DNA of 64,000 nucleotides. It comes from Gekko japonicus (Eukaryota). A model generated the notes under the pieces. It worked only from the letters and a program-made list of their open reading frames with translations. It had not been told where the DNA came from and ran no database searches. The first letter of the stretch is position 1; the number at the start of each line of letters is the position of its first letter. The DNA is taken from NCBI RefSeq assembly GCF_001447785.1, contig NW_015173130.1:20924-84923 (forward strand), written 5' to 3'. The translations under genes and the position numbers were made by a program. Shown in pieces: positions 11,664 to 24,252 of the stretch.

Positions 11664-13708
11664 NCCCGCGAGTGCTGCTTTCCCCCCCCTCCTCCTGGCA
11701 ACCCCCGTATCTTCTCCCCTTCCCGTCTCCTTCTCTCTTTCTTGGCCATTTACCAATCTACTTTTTATCAACCTCTGAGTTTCAGCTATATTTATTAGTT
11801 ATTTACTCATTTTTACCCCGTCTTTCTCCATGGGACAAAAGCAAGCTTACATTATTCTCCTCTCCTTTTTATCCACACAAAAACTCGGTGATGTAGTTTA
11901 GGTTGAAAGTATGTGGCTGTTCCAAAATCACCCAGTGATCTGCCACAGCAAGATGAGGATTCGAACCTGGGTTTCCCAGACCCTACTCCGAAGCGCTAAT
12001 TGCTATACCCCACTGGCTTTCATAGGGTGGCTGCTGTTGAACAGTAGCAAGCAGCTAGGCCTAAGTAAGTCATGCAAGTCCTGTGATATCATGTCACCCA
12101 GAGGTTACTGCCAGGCCTATCTTCGCCAATCTCAAAGTGGTACCTGAAGATCTCTCAGGAATACAACTGAACTCCAGATGACAGAGATCTCCACTGTAAG
12201 CCCTGGAGAAAATGGCTGTTTTGGAGGGTGGACTATGGCAATATATCCAGCTGAAGAGTCTCCCCTCTGCAAACCCTGCCCTCCTTAGACTCTACCACAA
12301 AATCTCCAGGAATTTCCCAACCTGGAGCTGGCAACCTTAGCTAGGCCTGGCCCCAATAAATCATCCTTCAAAGGCTAAAATAGGCCTGGGAAGGGCCCTG
12401 CCCCCTCCCCTTGCCTTTTACTGACAGAACCAAGCCTGTAATCTGTGGTGCCTGGCAATGGTCTCTGAGGAAATCCACTGCTTAAAGCGATGGGTGCTCC
12501 GTTTATCATTTTGGGGGGTTTCACCCCCAATTTTTTTAATTTTTCTGCAATCGTGGGGCGACCCTGTGAGAATATGGGGGCTGCCAGGAGGAGCTAAAGA
12601 AGAAATGGTATAGGGAGGGGGAAACAGAGGTATGGTGTCACCAACAAGCCCTTGGAAGTTCTCCACCACACAACTGGGCCCGCCTCAGCTCAGACGCTGG
12701 CACCACACAACTGGGGATGCTGCAGTTCCATATCTGACACTGTGCAACTGGGCCCGCCTCAGCCCTGTGGCTGACACTGTGCAAAGCTTTCCCAGGTAGA
12801 AGCTGCCAAAGGAGGGAAGGAAGGAAAGCTGATAAAGGGGTGAGATAGTTAGGTTGGATGGAGGGTGAGGAGAGAAGGGAGTAGAAAAAAGGGAGAGGCT
12901 ATATGGGCTTTCACGGATGGGGAAAAGGAAAGAATGGGGGAAGGGAAATGAGATGCCCCACACAAATCCTTGTGGGCTCCCTACTTCTGCATGTGTGTGT
13001 GCGTGTGTGTATAGAGCCAGCACTGCTTCTTATGCAATCTCACTGAGGGAGCAGCTCTACCCAGGCCAGAAGCATCACAGAGGATGCTGCTTATGATGTG
13101 GCAGAGGTCCTTCCCATCAGGACATAAGCTTAGCTTCTGGAATTCACTGCTTTGAGGTGTGACAGTGGCGCCTGGCTTAAAAGGTGACCAGACAAATTCA
13201 TGGAGGATATGGTTTATCAACAGGTGCCACAATAGTTAAGTAAAGCTTCCATGCTCACAGGTAGTATACTGCTGAATACCAGTCACTGGAGGGCAAACGG
13301 TGAGGTATGACTACTGTCCTCATGCCCCACTTGTGGGTTTCCTACAAGAACCTTGCTGTTCACTGTAGGAAATAGGACTGTTCTGATTCAGCAGGCTGCT
13401 CCCGGTTTTTTTTTGGGGGGGTTGCATTTACTACTATGGAAGGGGCATCTGCCATATGAGAAACCACACTTGCAAGATTAGGAGGAAGGGTCAAAGGCGT
13501 GAGCAATTCATTGGCAGGGGCCACATGTGGGTCACGGATCATTCCCACTTGCAATATAATTTAGGATATGTATGTGATAACGTCTAACTAAAGCTAGCTC
13601 AGAAAGGAACAGCATTTGGTAACAAGATGCAAGAAACCATGACTTTAACTATTCTCATCAGGAAGCAAATCTTTTAAGGGAAAAAACCTCTTTGTTGGTC
13701 ATTGTATT

Positions 13709-13714
13709 TTTATT
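13709..13714 (-). terminator. Candidate distal poly(A) signal for KIAA1549
   Basis: tttatt on + (AATAAA on -), with UGUA-containing sequence upstream and a U-rich stretch downstream. Confidence 0.45.
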
Positions 13715-14474
13715 GTGTATTTTTTTCCTTCTGCTTTCATTGTACATGCGCTGAAATAATCACAAAACATCAACATTTTCCACATGCAAAATTAAACCAA
13801 AAAGAAAAAAAGTCACAACATCCACGACACAAATTTCGGTGTTGGACCCGCCAACTACTCGGTTCACAAAAAATAGATATATAAACCTGTGTATTTACAA
13901 ACATACAGAAATCAAAGCAATATTTTTCTTGTGACAACTGACTGGTGAATCAGCTTAGAGACAGTTAAGAAAATTGCATTTAACTGATGGAGCTTTCCTC
14001 TCTCCTGATTCATTATTATGTGAATAGTGGGAAACACACAGTAATTTAACACCACAATGATCTCTGAACTGTGAAAATTGCATTACTCACTCAGCCAGTT
14101 TTAAACAAATAGTTCCCTAAATTCAGAATATTCCAGTGGACCACTGAAGCACGTAGGATTTATGTGTACGGAAATTAAATGTGAAAAACTCTGTACCTTT
14201 GGATTCCTTCAAACAGACTTCATTCACAAGGATCTCAGGTAACAACCCTGGACTTGTTCCTAATGAACCAGCTATGCAGGACTTTATTTTCACAAACCAG
14301 CATCTACATGGCAAGCTAATATATAGCTCATCCTTTATGGTATGTTTGGACCTGCATGCAAGTGCCCACATGTAAGTGACTTTTCCTTCACATACACTTT
14401 TGGAAACAGGCCCTTTTTAGTCCTTACATTTTGGGTGCTCCTACCTGATGTATGCAATACTCTCAGTTGCTGAA

Positions 14475-14619
14475 GTCACCATTTTGTGTGAATAGGGCAA
14501 TGAGCATATTTTTCAACTTTGATATGCTTGACTGGAAAACCAGGTTTGCTGCAGGTATCCATTCATATATACCAAAGATTAAAAATACGTGTGATGCTCT
14601 ATTTACACAAAACGGCAAC
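14475..14619. repeat. Old palindromic MITE-like hairpin (~66-bp arms)
   Basis: gtcaccattttgtgtgaatagggca... pairs with ...tgctctatttacacaaaacggcaac. Confidence 0.7.
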
Positions 14620-14997
14620 CAAACATTTGATAAGACTGCACATAACACTTTCCCAGAATGCACTGCAGGAGAACACCCCAAAACATTAATGACTGAACAG
14701 CATTACAGTCAGGCGAGCAAAATGACCATTCTAACAATACTTCTTCAAACGGTCTTACACATTCTTTCCATTGAATAATTCAAGTATTCACATAATAGCC
14801 TCTTGAAGGTTGTTATCATGCATTACTTATGATGGATTACCTACTAATGAAATACCTGTGCAGTATCCCAGTTCTCATTGTGGTGATCATGTGTCTGGGC
14901 GGAGTCCAGGCTAAAAGTTGGCTGTCACATGATCAAATCATCCTTCACATTCTAAAAAATCCTTGCACATAGAAAACTGCCCTATCAGGGAAAAGAC

Positions 14998-15166
14998 CAG
15001 GGCTCCCTCCGCCCCTTTGTTTTTGGGAGAGAGGTGCAGGAACTCTCAAGAGGGAAATGAAGTTTTCAATCTGTATACTGAAAACTCATGAAAATATTTT
15101 TAAAATAATTTTATCAAAGAGGTTCAGGAACTCTGTTCCGGTGTATTCCCCCAGAAAAAAGTCCTG
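14998..15166. mobile_element. hAT-type MITE (related copy begins at 10684 and runs into the gap)
   Basis: cagggct...gtcctg termini; 8-bp TSD gaaaagac. Confidence 0.8.
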
Positions 15167-16482
15167 GAAAAGACTAGGTTAGGACTCATCTCCCTAATGT
15201 CTAAGTCTTCTGTGTGGAGGAAATGTTTCCTCTGGGAGAATATTCAATTTTGGATACTCTTATCTTCAATACAAACTGGTACAGCTCAGACACAGATTTA
15301 TCACCTCAGGGAGAAATACACCTCTGATACACTGTACTTATTTTCTACAAACCTGGAAGCGCTGTATCACAGCCGAAGCCCCACGTGACAAAGAGGCATC
15401 TCAGTGAACTGGCAATAAATATAATCGTTTCTACAACACCTTTCAGTGTACAGAATGTACATCTTCAAAATCTGCACCACTTTTTATCACATGCAGGAAG
15501 TACCAATGAATAGGGAAATTATCACCATGTGAATGGTCATGGGATATTTTTCCATTTTTTCCATTAGGAGTTTAAATTATTTTTTCAGCATAGAATAGTG
15601 GGCCATCAAAAGGCTGGGAGTAGTTGCCAGACATCCAGGTCTGAATGAAATCAAATGAGGCATGATCTGTTTACATCTCATTACTGAGATACTCATAGTC
15701 TTAAGCATCAGCAGCAGCTGATTGGCAGAAATGTGGCTAAGTTCATAATTCAGTTAAGACTATTAGATTTTTTTGGGACCAGGAGTAACAATAGCAGGCC
15801 TTTTACTCTCAAGACAAATTTGTTCTGATTTAAGAACTTTTGCAAATCAGGGACAAAGGCAAGATGTGACACACTACAGTTAAACTAGTCTACAAATTTT
15901 GAAGAGGGGCCAAAGACTGAAGTTGCATGGCATGTCTTGGTTTAACACAACTTTTAAAAACCTGGTGGCATTTTTATTGCTGCACAGTTGACTGAGTTGG
16001 AATATAAAAATTGTCTTGGTGGGTGAGAAAAAAAGTCTAGATAGTCCAGCGCTAATGGCATGTCATGGCTACTCACCCCTTGTGCATTGTTACCAGCATC
16101 TGGCAGATAGAAATATATGGGATTTTGCTTTCCATTTTTAGTTATCACAACAAATCATTAATTAAACTATCCATGATAAGTTTTTCTGATGGAATAAAGT
16201 TCATATCAGATTTTTTTTGGGGGGGTTTAGTGATTGAATTTAACCCACTGCCCAATAGCTAATTACTAGTCCTTCTATATTTCACATCATCTCTTGCAAG
16301 GAACTGTTCAATTACAGTTCTGAAATATGAAAGTTGCCAGTTATGGCACACAGTACAGGTGTGAATCAGGGATTCAATTGATAGTCCTTTTTATGGAAAA
16401 TAGTACCTAACCTTTTGGGGAATCAGTGCAAAAGGCAGGCTTGTGTACTACTTTATTTACTCATTTACTTTAATGTGTAAGA

Positions 16483-16696
16483 GAGATCAAGATGGGCAGT
16501 TGTGTTTGTTTGTAGCAGTAGAAAAGAGCAAGAGTCCAGTAGCACCTGGAAGACTAACAAAATTTGTGGTAGGCTATGAGCTTTTGTGAGTCACTGCTCA
16601 CTATCTGAAGAAGTGAGCAGTGACTCATGAAAGCTCATACCCTACCACAAATTTTGTTAGTCTTTAAGGTGCCACTGGACTCTTGCTCTTTTCTAC
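16483..16696. mobile_element. Penelope-derived inverted-repeat element with minimal hammerhead motif
   Basis: ~95-bp inverted arms; flanking direct repeat ttaatgtgtaaga; tat-CTGAAGA-agtgag..ctcat-GAAA-gc-TC-ata. Confidence 0.8.
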
Positions 16697-18180
16697 TTAA
16701 TGTGTAAGATCTGGCACCCTTCATTCATCCTCCTCCTTTATTAGTCTTAGTGCCACATACCATCACAGGAATAACCACAAAGTCAACAGCAGCAATAAGA
16801 GTTACTCAGCATCAATCTATTTAAGGCTGCATTCAACCAAAGTTTTTCAGCAAGAATCACTGGATCAAGCCTTTGAATGTAAATATATCTTTACTTACTT
16901 GACCATCCCACCCTTCCATAAATGCATCCCGATGAAGCAGTATCCTGTATTGATCAGATCTCCAAGTTATCAATTTACTTGCATATTTAAGCATTTCACC
17001 ATCAATACGGATTGTTCTAAAAGCAAAGACCCCAGTTTATGCACCCGTGGTGCTTTGTATTTCAAAGCACTCTGTAAAATATTTGTCACAGTAGATGAAG
17101 ACCCAAGAGACTTTGCAGCACCACGATTCAAACAGTCCCCGTGGCTGTTTAAAAAAATTGAAATAGGAGTTTATCACTCTGTTTTACACTCTGATGTATC
17201 AAAATATTCACAGAGTGTCTACAAGGTCTTTTTCACGTGGTGAGGTATCTGTACAAATCCCCATGGAGCAAACCTAAAAGTTACCATCTCAGATAAAACT
17301 ATGTCATTACCGTGACCACAAATAAGTACAAAACGTTTGCTCTACCTTTTCTAATCTCATCCCCATTCCTAACTATGGGCCCTGCAAAGATCTTGTGATG
17401 AAGTTCAAAGAACTGACATGGGATGGCCATTTCAAATATGTTCAAAGTAGACTGCACAGAGAACTTGGTAATCAGACAAAAAGACCATGCAAACCATCTC
17501 CTAAGGCATGACAGAATCCATGAGTTACCTGGAAGCAAAGGGGTAACTCATTCCAGTCCTTAGATCTTGAGAGTGGAAATTCTTTACTCAAATGATCCCT
17601 GATAATTGTCTCTTACCTTATTTTTAAAAGGGAGATTCCTTAACTTACCCAACAGCCTTGTTTCACTGGCCAGCTACATTAAAGATCACACACCCCATAG
17701 CATGTAGCCCAAACTTAATCTGTGGCTATATTTTTCCATTACTTCTTGCCCCACTTTCAAAGGTTGAACATACACCTTTCTTTCCCCAGAAATCCTTTCA
17801 CGGAACCTGCATTAATCTCCCCTCCTGTACCTTGACCATAAATACAGCTCCTAAACAATGGTGTTTTTCAAGGACTGGTGTGTTAATCTTCTCAAACGAA
17901 AACCAAGCTTAATTACTTCCGTCATTCTGCTTCACAATGTAATGTCCAAAGTCTTCACCATTGTCCTTCTTTCCCTCTTGAATCTTCCCTATTGCCAACA
18001 TCTTTCTTCAGATGTGTTGCTTCAAATCAGTAACAACCCAGATGAAGCAAGGGATGGAGGGGAAGCATATAGATGATGGTCAAGAAATTTGCTACTGTAA
18101 ACTACTCAGTACAGTTGATTATTTAAATGGAGAAGGAAATAAGGCTTTCTATTTAATGTTGACAAATACAAGAGAAATAT

Positions 18181-18440
18181 GAAGAAGAGGAGATTGGATT
18201 TATACCCCGCCCTTTACTCGGAGTCTCAGAGCGGCTTACAAACTCCTTTCCCTTCCCCTCCCCACAACAGACACCCTGTGAGGTAGGTGGGGCTGAGAGA
18301 GCTCTGACAGAAACTGCTCTTTTTCAAGAACAGCTCTGCCAGAACTATGGCTTACCCAAGGTCATCCAGCCAGGTGCAAGTGGAGGAGTGGGGAATCAAA
18401 CCTGGTTCTCCCAGATTAGAGTCCGCACACTACACCAAAC
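18181..18440 (-). mobile_element. tRNA-derived SINE (Squam3-like)
   Basis: Reverse complement of the 49568 and 53009 copies; (CTT)n tail. Confidence 0.85.
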
Positions 18441-19422
18441 TTTCATGAACACCACTACACCAAACTTTCATGAACATGAAAGCCAAGTTGTCCAATAACT
18501 GTGTCAGTTCACCCACACATAAAAGGCAAACGTTTGTTTCTTATTGTCCTTCAACTTCTGAAGTACTCAAAATGTATTTATCACACACCCCTATTTAGCA
18601 TTCTAGTTAACCAGCATGGAGTGAATTGCTCACTTCATTTTCTTACAGCTCTGATCAAAGAGAAAGCTCCTTGGAGCTTTACTGAATAGTCTCAACTAGC
18701 GATTTGCAATGATTACCCTTTTACAAGCTCACTAGAGACATAGAAACCAGCAGGCAAAAAGACTTCTGTTTGTGAATGTGAACTGTACACTGAAAAATCT
18801 AAGGTTCAATTCCTTGGAAAAAAGCCTAGAGCTAAGAATGGAATAAAAATTTCATTCAAAAACTATGGGTTGGGTCCCATATACCTCCAGTGATAGCGTG
18901 GTGTAATAAGTGGATTTCTCCCACCTTTCCCTTTTCCCAGAAGTTCCCTTTTCCCAGAAGTAGTTGGCAGGGGGGACCCATCAGGACAAAAAACAGACAG
19001 AAGATGGGCAACTGCAGTGAGGAGGAAGTGGGAAAAATCACTCCTCCTGCCTCTTCCAGAGTAATGCATCAACTGGTATAAGAGATTCTGTAGGCATAAA
19101 AGGCAGAATGGTACTTTCCCACTTCTTACTCCAGTTTCTGACGTTGCACAGGTTTTGGGGGCTTTTCCACATTCTCATTTTCCTCACATGTATTCCCATT
19201 ACTTCAGGGCCTTCCACCCCTGTTCTGCACATATTTTGCTCCCCTCTAGTGCTCGATTCAAGATGGCATTGTTTTATGTCCAGCATAAAAACCTGCAGTT
19301 TAAATCTACAGGGAGATATGCCATACATAGAGTGATGTACTGATTGAATCAACCACTACAAGGAGCATTGATTGATTGGAGAAAAGACAATTAGTTCATT
19401 TATTGCTGATTGGAAACCCTTT

Positions 19423-19675
19423 CTAGACTTTTTGCATGAAACAAATAATAATGACTTGATGATCTGTGGGTTTGGTGAATAAGGAATTTAGATAATAGGA
19501 AAAAAGAGCTTTTCGTTGCAAACATATGGAAAATTTTGTAATCAAACTTATATTTGTTGTAGAGAAAATTGTAAGCCTCCGTTTATTATATACATTCTCT
19601 TTTTCTTCTTTGTTTTTGTTATTTCTTGTTATTTGTTTGTTCTTTTGTTCAATAAAAAATTTAAAACTGAAAAAA
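19423..19675 (+). mobile_element. L1-like 3' end fragment
   Basis: T-rich 3'UTR ending caataaaaaatttaaaa. Confidence 0.45.
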
Positions 19676-20429
19676 TACCCACTAGAAAGAGCAAAACACA
19701 TGTGGAATAGGAATCCTCCCCCCCAAAGCAACCAGAACACACAAGGAAGAAAATGAGGATGCAGAAGACCCCTTTATCTATGTGGGCCATCCACTCTTTT
19801 ATGGCAATCACAGGGAGCTGCTTGAAGGAACAAGACCTGCTTCTGCCAACACCTTTAACTAATGGTGTGCAGACTCCAACCCTATGTAATCAGGGCATAA
19901 ATGAGACATTAACAAAAGATGTATATAAGTTTCATGACTCCTCCCTGGCCCTGAATAGTGGTCATGGAAGGCCATGAGTTTTTGCCGCAGGAATGACAAC
20001 AGGAGAGGCTACTTAATCCTTTCCCCTCTGGTCTTTATCTTCTATCACACAGATGAAACAGTAGCTTGGGAAGTGCATTTCTGAATGGAACATCAGCCAG
20101 AAGGAAAAGGGTTAATGAATGGTTTTGTTTGGTCTACCAAGTTCAACATATACCCCCCATGCCACTGTTCAAACTTTACCTTCTATTTTATTGTGGAAAA
20201 GGTACCTTACAACTATCTAAATTATGATACAGAGGCATTCAGGGCAATACTATCTTCCTAAATATCGCTACTCAGGAGGGAAGGACTTCAGAACCGGGGA
20301 GCCCCACATGCATTTGCAGAGGGCCGCCCAACCAGATTCATCTTTGGTCCCCCTTCTCCTGCCTCACTTTTTACTAGCACACCAATTACTGATAACAACA
20401 GTTTACTCCCTTACAACCAGTACATCCCT

Positions 20430-21499
20430 TGTAAGTTCGTCCTCCACCCCCCCCACAGGCCCATAAGCAGGATTTTTTTATTTGGGGCAGGGCTTTAAAT
20501 AAGTCAGGGGGCACCCCTGCTTCCCCAGCCTGAGAGTGCCCCATAGAAGCCCCCAGTCTCTCATGCAAGCCGCCAAGGGAGAGGCATAGCGAAAGGTTGA
20601 GGCCCCCACCACCACACGGCCTGAAACAGAGCTCCAAGTGCCACGAAGGAAGAGCCACGCATCCCCCCCGACTACCCTCCCTGAAGCCTGACTGCACAGC
20701 ATCCCTGTCCCCATGCAAGCCTCGCGCAGGGTTGGCCCACTGGGGTACCCAACCTCCCACCTGGCCTCACCTGGGTCCACATGTACAGCAGCAACAGCAG
20801 CGCACTAACCCAGCTCAGTGTGCCCAGACTCATTGTCTCACCCACCACCCAGGGAGGGAGGAAGGGTGGCCAGCACTGGATGGCCATCTGCCCACCCTGT
20901 TGAGCCTACCTCAGGCCTCGCCATGGCTGAGTGGCAGGAGGGAAGAGCTGGACCAGGTGGGTCCCCTCCGCCAGTGGTCGGTCACCTTTTGGCTGGCACT
21001 CCCGCTGTTGATAGCAGGGAGGCTGTGAGCTAGGTGGTGGCAGCGCTCACCACCTGGCTTGGCAAAAAGTCAGGAGGCCTGGGTGGAACGTTGGGGGGCC
21101 TGGCCCCAAGATGCCCCACTGTAGCTATGGGCCTGCCACCCCACAACCAATCTGTCTGATGGGGACGGACCCTGCTGTTCACACTCCCTTTACCGGACGC
21201 TGGGCTTCTGGCTCTGAAGGTAAAGCTGGCCCCACCTTCCTCTGTATGGCTCATGTTGACAGGGGATGAGTAGAGCAGAAGGCATCTCTCTTGGGTGGCT
21301 GGTCAACTCCTCTCTAGGACTTTCCAGTGCCAAACACTGTTTGCTTTCTCTCTCCTTGCCTTCTTTCAAGGCTCTCCCACTGCCACGCATCTCCTCCCTG
21401 CTCGGCTTTTTCCCCTGGGAGGCCCCCAGCTGTCTCATTTCACCGGCTCTCTTTTCCCTGTCTCTTGCCAGCCATCCTGACCCCGCCCACTCATTAACA
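20430..21499. mobile_element. GC-rich LTR-like insertion
   Basis: Sharp GC shift; TGTAAG...TTAACA termini; AATAAA on - near the left end; no clear TSD. Confidence 0.45.
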
Positions 21500-24068
21500 G
21501 AGCCGGGCTGTTCTGCTCTTCCCACTAAAGGACTCAAATGCACTAATTGCACAATACAAATGATATCTCATGCCTCTAGTTGCGGAAACAAAATCTGTAC
21601 TGATGGATGACTTTATGAGCAGGGGCTGCCTCATTCCTTCTACTTCAAGGCATATTCCTACTACCTGCATGGCGTAATCCTCGATACTGAAGTTGGGGGT
21701 AAATGAAACCTCCCCAAGAAATCCCATTACCTTGACCGCAAACCAAAGATTAGTGCATAAAATCCATTCAACCTTCTGGAATCTCACGATCCTGTTTGCA
21801 CTGCAGTGTTTTAAAACATTATTTCAACCTCAAATGTCTTCACAAGTGCAGGATTTGCTCACGGTTCTCCTGCATTACAGGCTTTGCAGACAATAAATCT
21901 GCCTACAGTTAGCATACTTTCCATGCATATACGATGTCCTTATCCTGCTTACTGACATAAGACAAAACAAGTTCCTATCCTCAATAAGCAAAGGCAGACC
22001 CTGAATATTGCTTTCAAATAGTGCACAGAACTATTCAAATCAAATTACTTGGTAGAGGAGTTAGTTCAAATGCAATAGGGAAAAAAAGTTAGTTTTCAAT
22101 AATTCTAGAAATATTGCTTTTCATACTTTAATAGGAGACAAACTATCCCTCACACTCTTCGCTTCTTTCAATAAGGAACAAATGTCTGGAATCGTGTAAA
22201 CTTACCCTGTACCACACCCAACGAGTTAACTTCTTAAACACAGCAAGAGTTCCAGATTTCATTTATACCACAATAATCTCTGCATAGAAACACCAAATTG
22301 TGCAGAACTGGAGAACAGAATATAAAGTCTTTTTATCGAAGAAAGGAAAGACGATTGATATCAAGTGTATAGTATCATGTACCAGTCAGCTGGAAAGTTT
22401 CCTGTGATATTTATTGATGGGTACTCAGATAAAAGGAAACTATTTTAGAACCATCTAAGTAGCCATTTTGTAACATCATGGGCCCAAGTCCTTTCATCCG
22501 CAGCAAGCAACAAACTTAAGGATATTTTACCCTGTTGATTTCTGTAGGAAAATCAGATAGTTCTATGCAGAGATTGGGACTGTATTTCATTCCAGACTTG
22601 AATCTGGACATACTTTTTTGGTGATTCATCAGAATATGGGACGTCAATATGATTTTTCAGAATATGGGACATTAATATTCTCCATCCTACTCATCTACTT
22701 TTGATCTGTCATGAACGATCCCTTCCTTGGTGACGGACTGGAACACAAATAATCTCAGCTGTTCCAATGAATAGAACTGTATGTACTGGAAATGTGCACA
22801 TGGGTACCCATGAACACGTAGAGAGACCCCTTTTGTTCAATGGGGCCAAATCCACATGCAAAGAAAATATGCATCTGGAATGGGTCCTTCATTTGGAATG
22901 AAAGACTATGTATTCGTAGCTCTCATGCCTTAGACAGACACACATCAGTGATCTGGATTCAAATACAAGCCAATTAATGCTTAACATGATGGTGAATTCA
23001 GCCTGTTGGTAGACGACCCAATCGTTCATTAATATACATACCTAAGAAAATAAATGCATCAACATCACACCTCCATGCAAAGAATTGCTTTCGATTTTCT
23101 TTGTGCCACTGCTTCAGGTTTAATTTAGTCTATGTTAAAAACGAAACAAAAAAAATACACTCCAACAAATAAAATAATTTAGTTAGAATTTTCACTCGTA
23201 GTACGCAGGTTACAATTAAGCAATGGCCATATGACAGTAAATTACACCTCACCACTAACAGTAAAATCAAAATGCTGTAAAAAAACCCAACTAGTGACAG
23301 ATGCCTGAGTGGCAAGTGTCATCACCATATCAGTAGGAACACATATAAATGCAGTAACTGCCCCTAATGGTGAAATCTAAGCTTTTATTCTAAAATTGTC
23401 TTTCCCCCACAAATTTTACTCTCTTTTTCTGGAGGATTTATCAAGAATCAATTTGCAAAGAGTAGTTTATGATAGACTAGTGCTGGTGACATGGTATTGC
23501 CCAGGCTGGCTTTCTCCATTCATCTGATTTCATCCCACCACCTTGCCTTTTTATTTGGGAGCACATCTGTATTTATGACTTTTTGGCAAATTAATAGAAA
23601 GCTGAACGCATCACCCCTAGCCTCCCAGGCTCCATATCACTAAAGGGAGTTTGCACAAGTGATGTTAAGAATGCCGCTAAGGTTCAATTCGTACATTACT
23701 ATTCTTTCTTAAATGTACACCTATTTTTAAGGGAACATCTAAAACCATAATGCATATTTAAAATACATTTCCCTGTCCTTAGAAAAAGATAAGAACCATG
23801 CACAGTGAGTTAAACTGGGTCATAGAGGCCCACTAGTCAGAAAACCAGGGGTGGCTGCAGCTCTCGGTTAAGCACAGCCTTCATGGCAATACAGCTAGGG
23901 AGTGCATGGAAAGGCATTTCAACTCTTTCCTAGCACTTGAGTGCAACTCAAGCTGCTGTTTCAGAAGCTAAATGCTCGTTTTAAAACTTGGGACATTCAT
24001 GTTTGACACTCAGTGCTTGGTAGCTATTTCACTCACCTGCGAACAAATGCGAACAGGCCCTCCTGATA

Positions 24069-24252
24069 GATCAAGATGGGTAGGCGTGTTAGCCTGTCTG
24101 TAGCAGCAGAAAAGAGCAAGAGTCCAGTAGCACCTGAAAGACTAACAAAATTTCTGGCAGGGTATGAGCCTTTGTGAGTCACTGCTCACTTCTTCAGATA
24201 GTGAGCAGTGACTCAGAAAAGCTCATACCCTGCCACAAATGTTAGTCTTTAA
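24069..24252. mobile_element. Penelope-derived inverted-repeat element (same family as 16483)
   Basis: gatcaagatggg...agaaaagagcaagagtccagtagcacc...; internal inverted arms. Confidence 0.8.

Noticed and set aside
10774-11778. Three 316-334 aa ORFs
   Set aside because: Artefacts of translating through an N-gap
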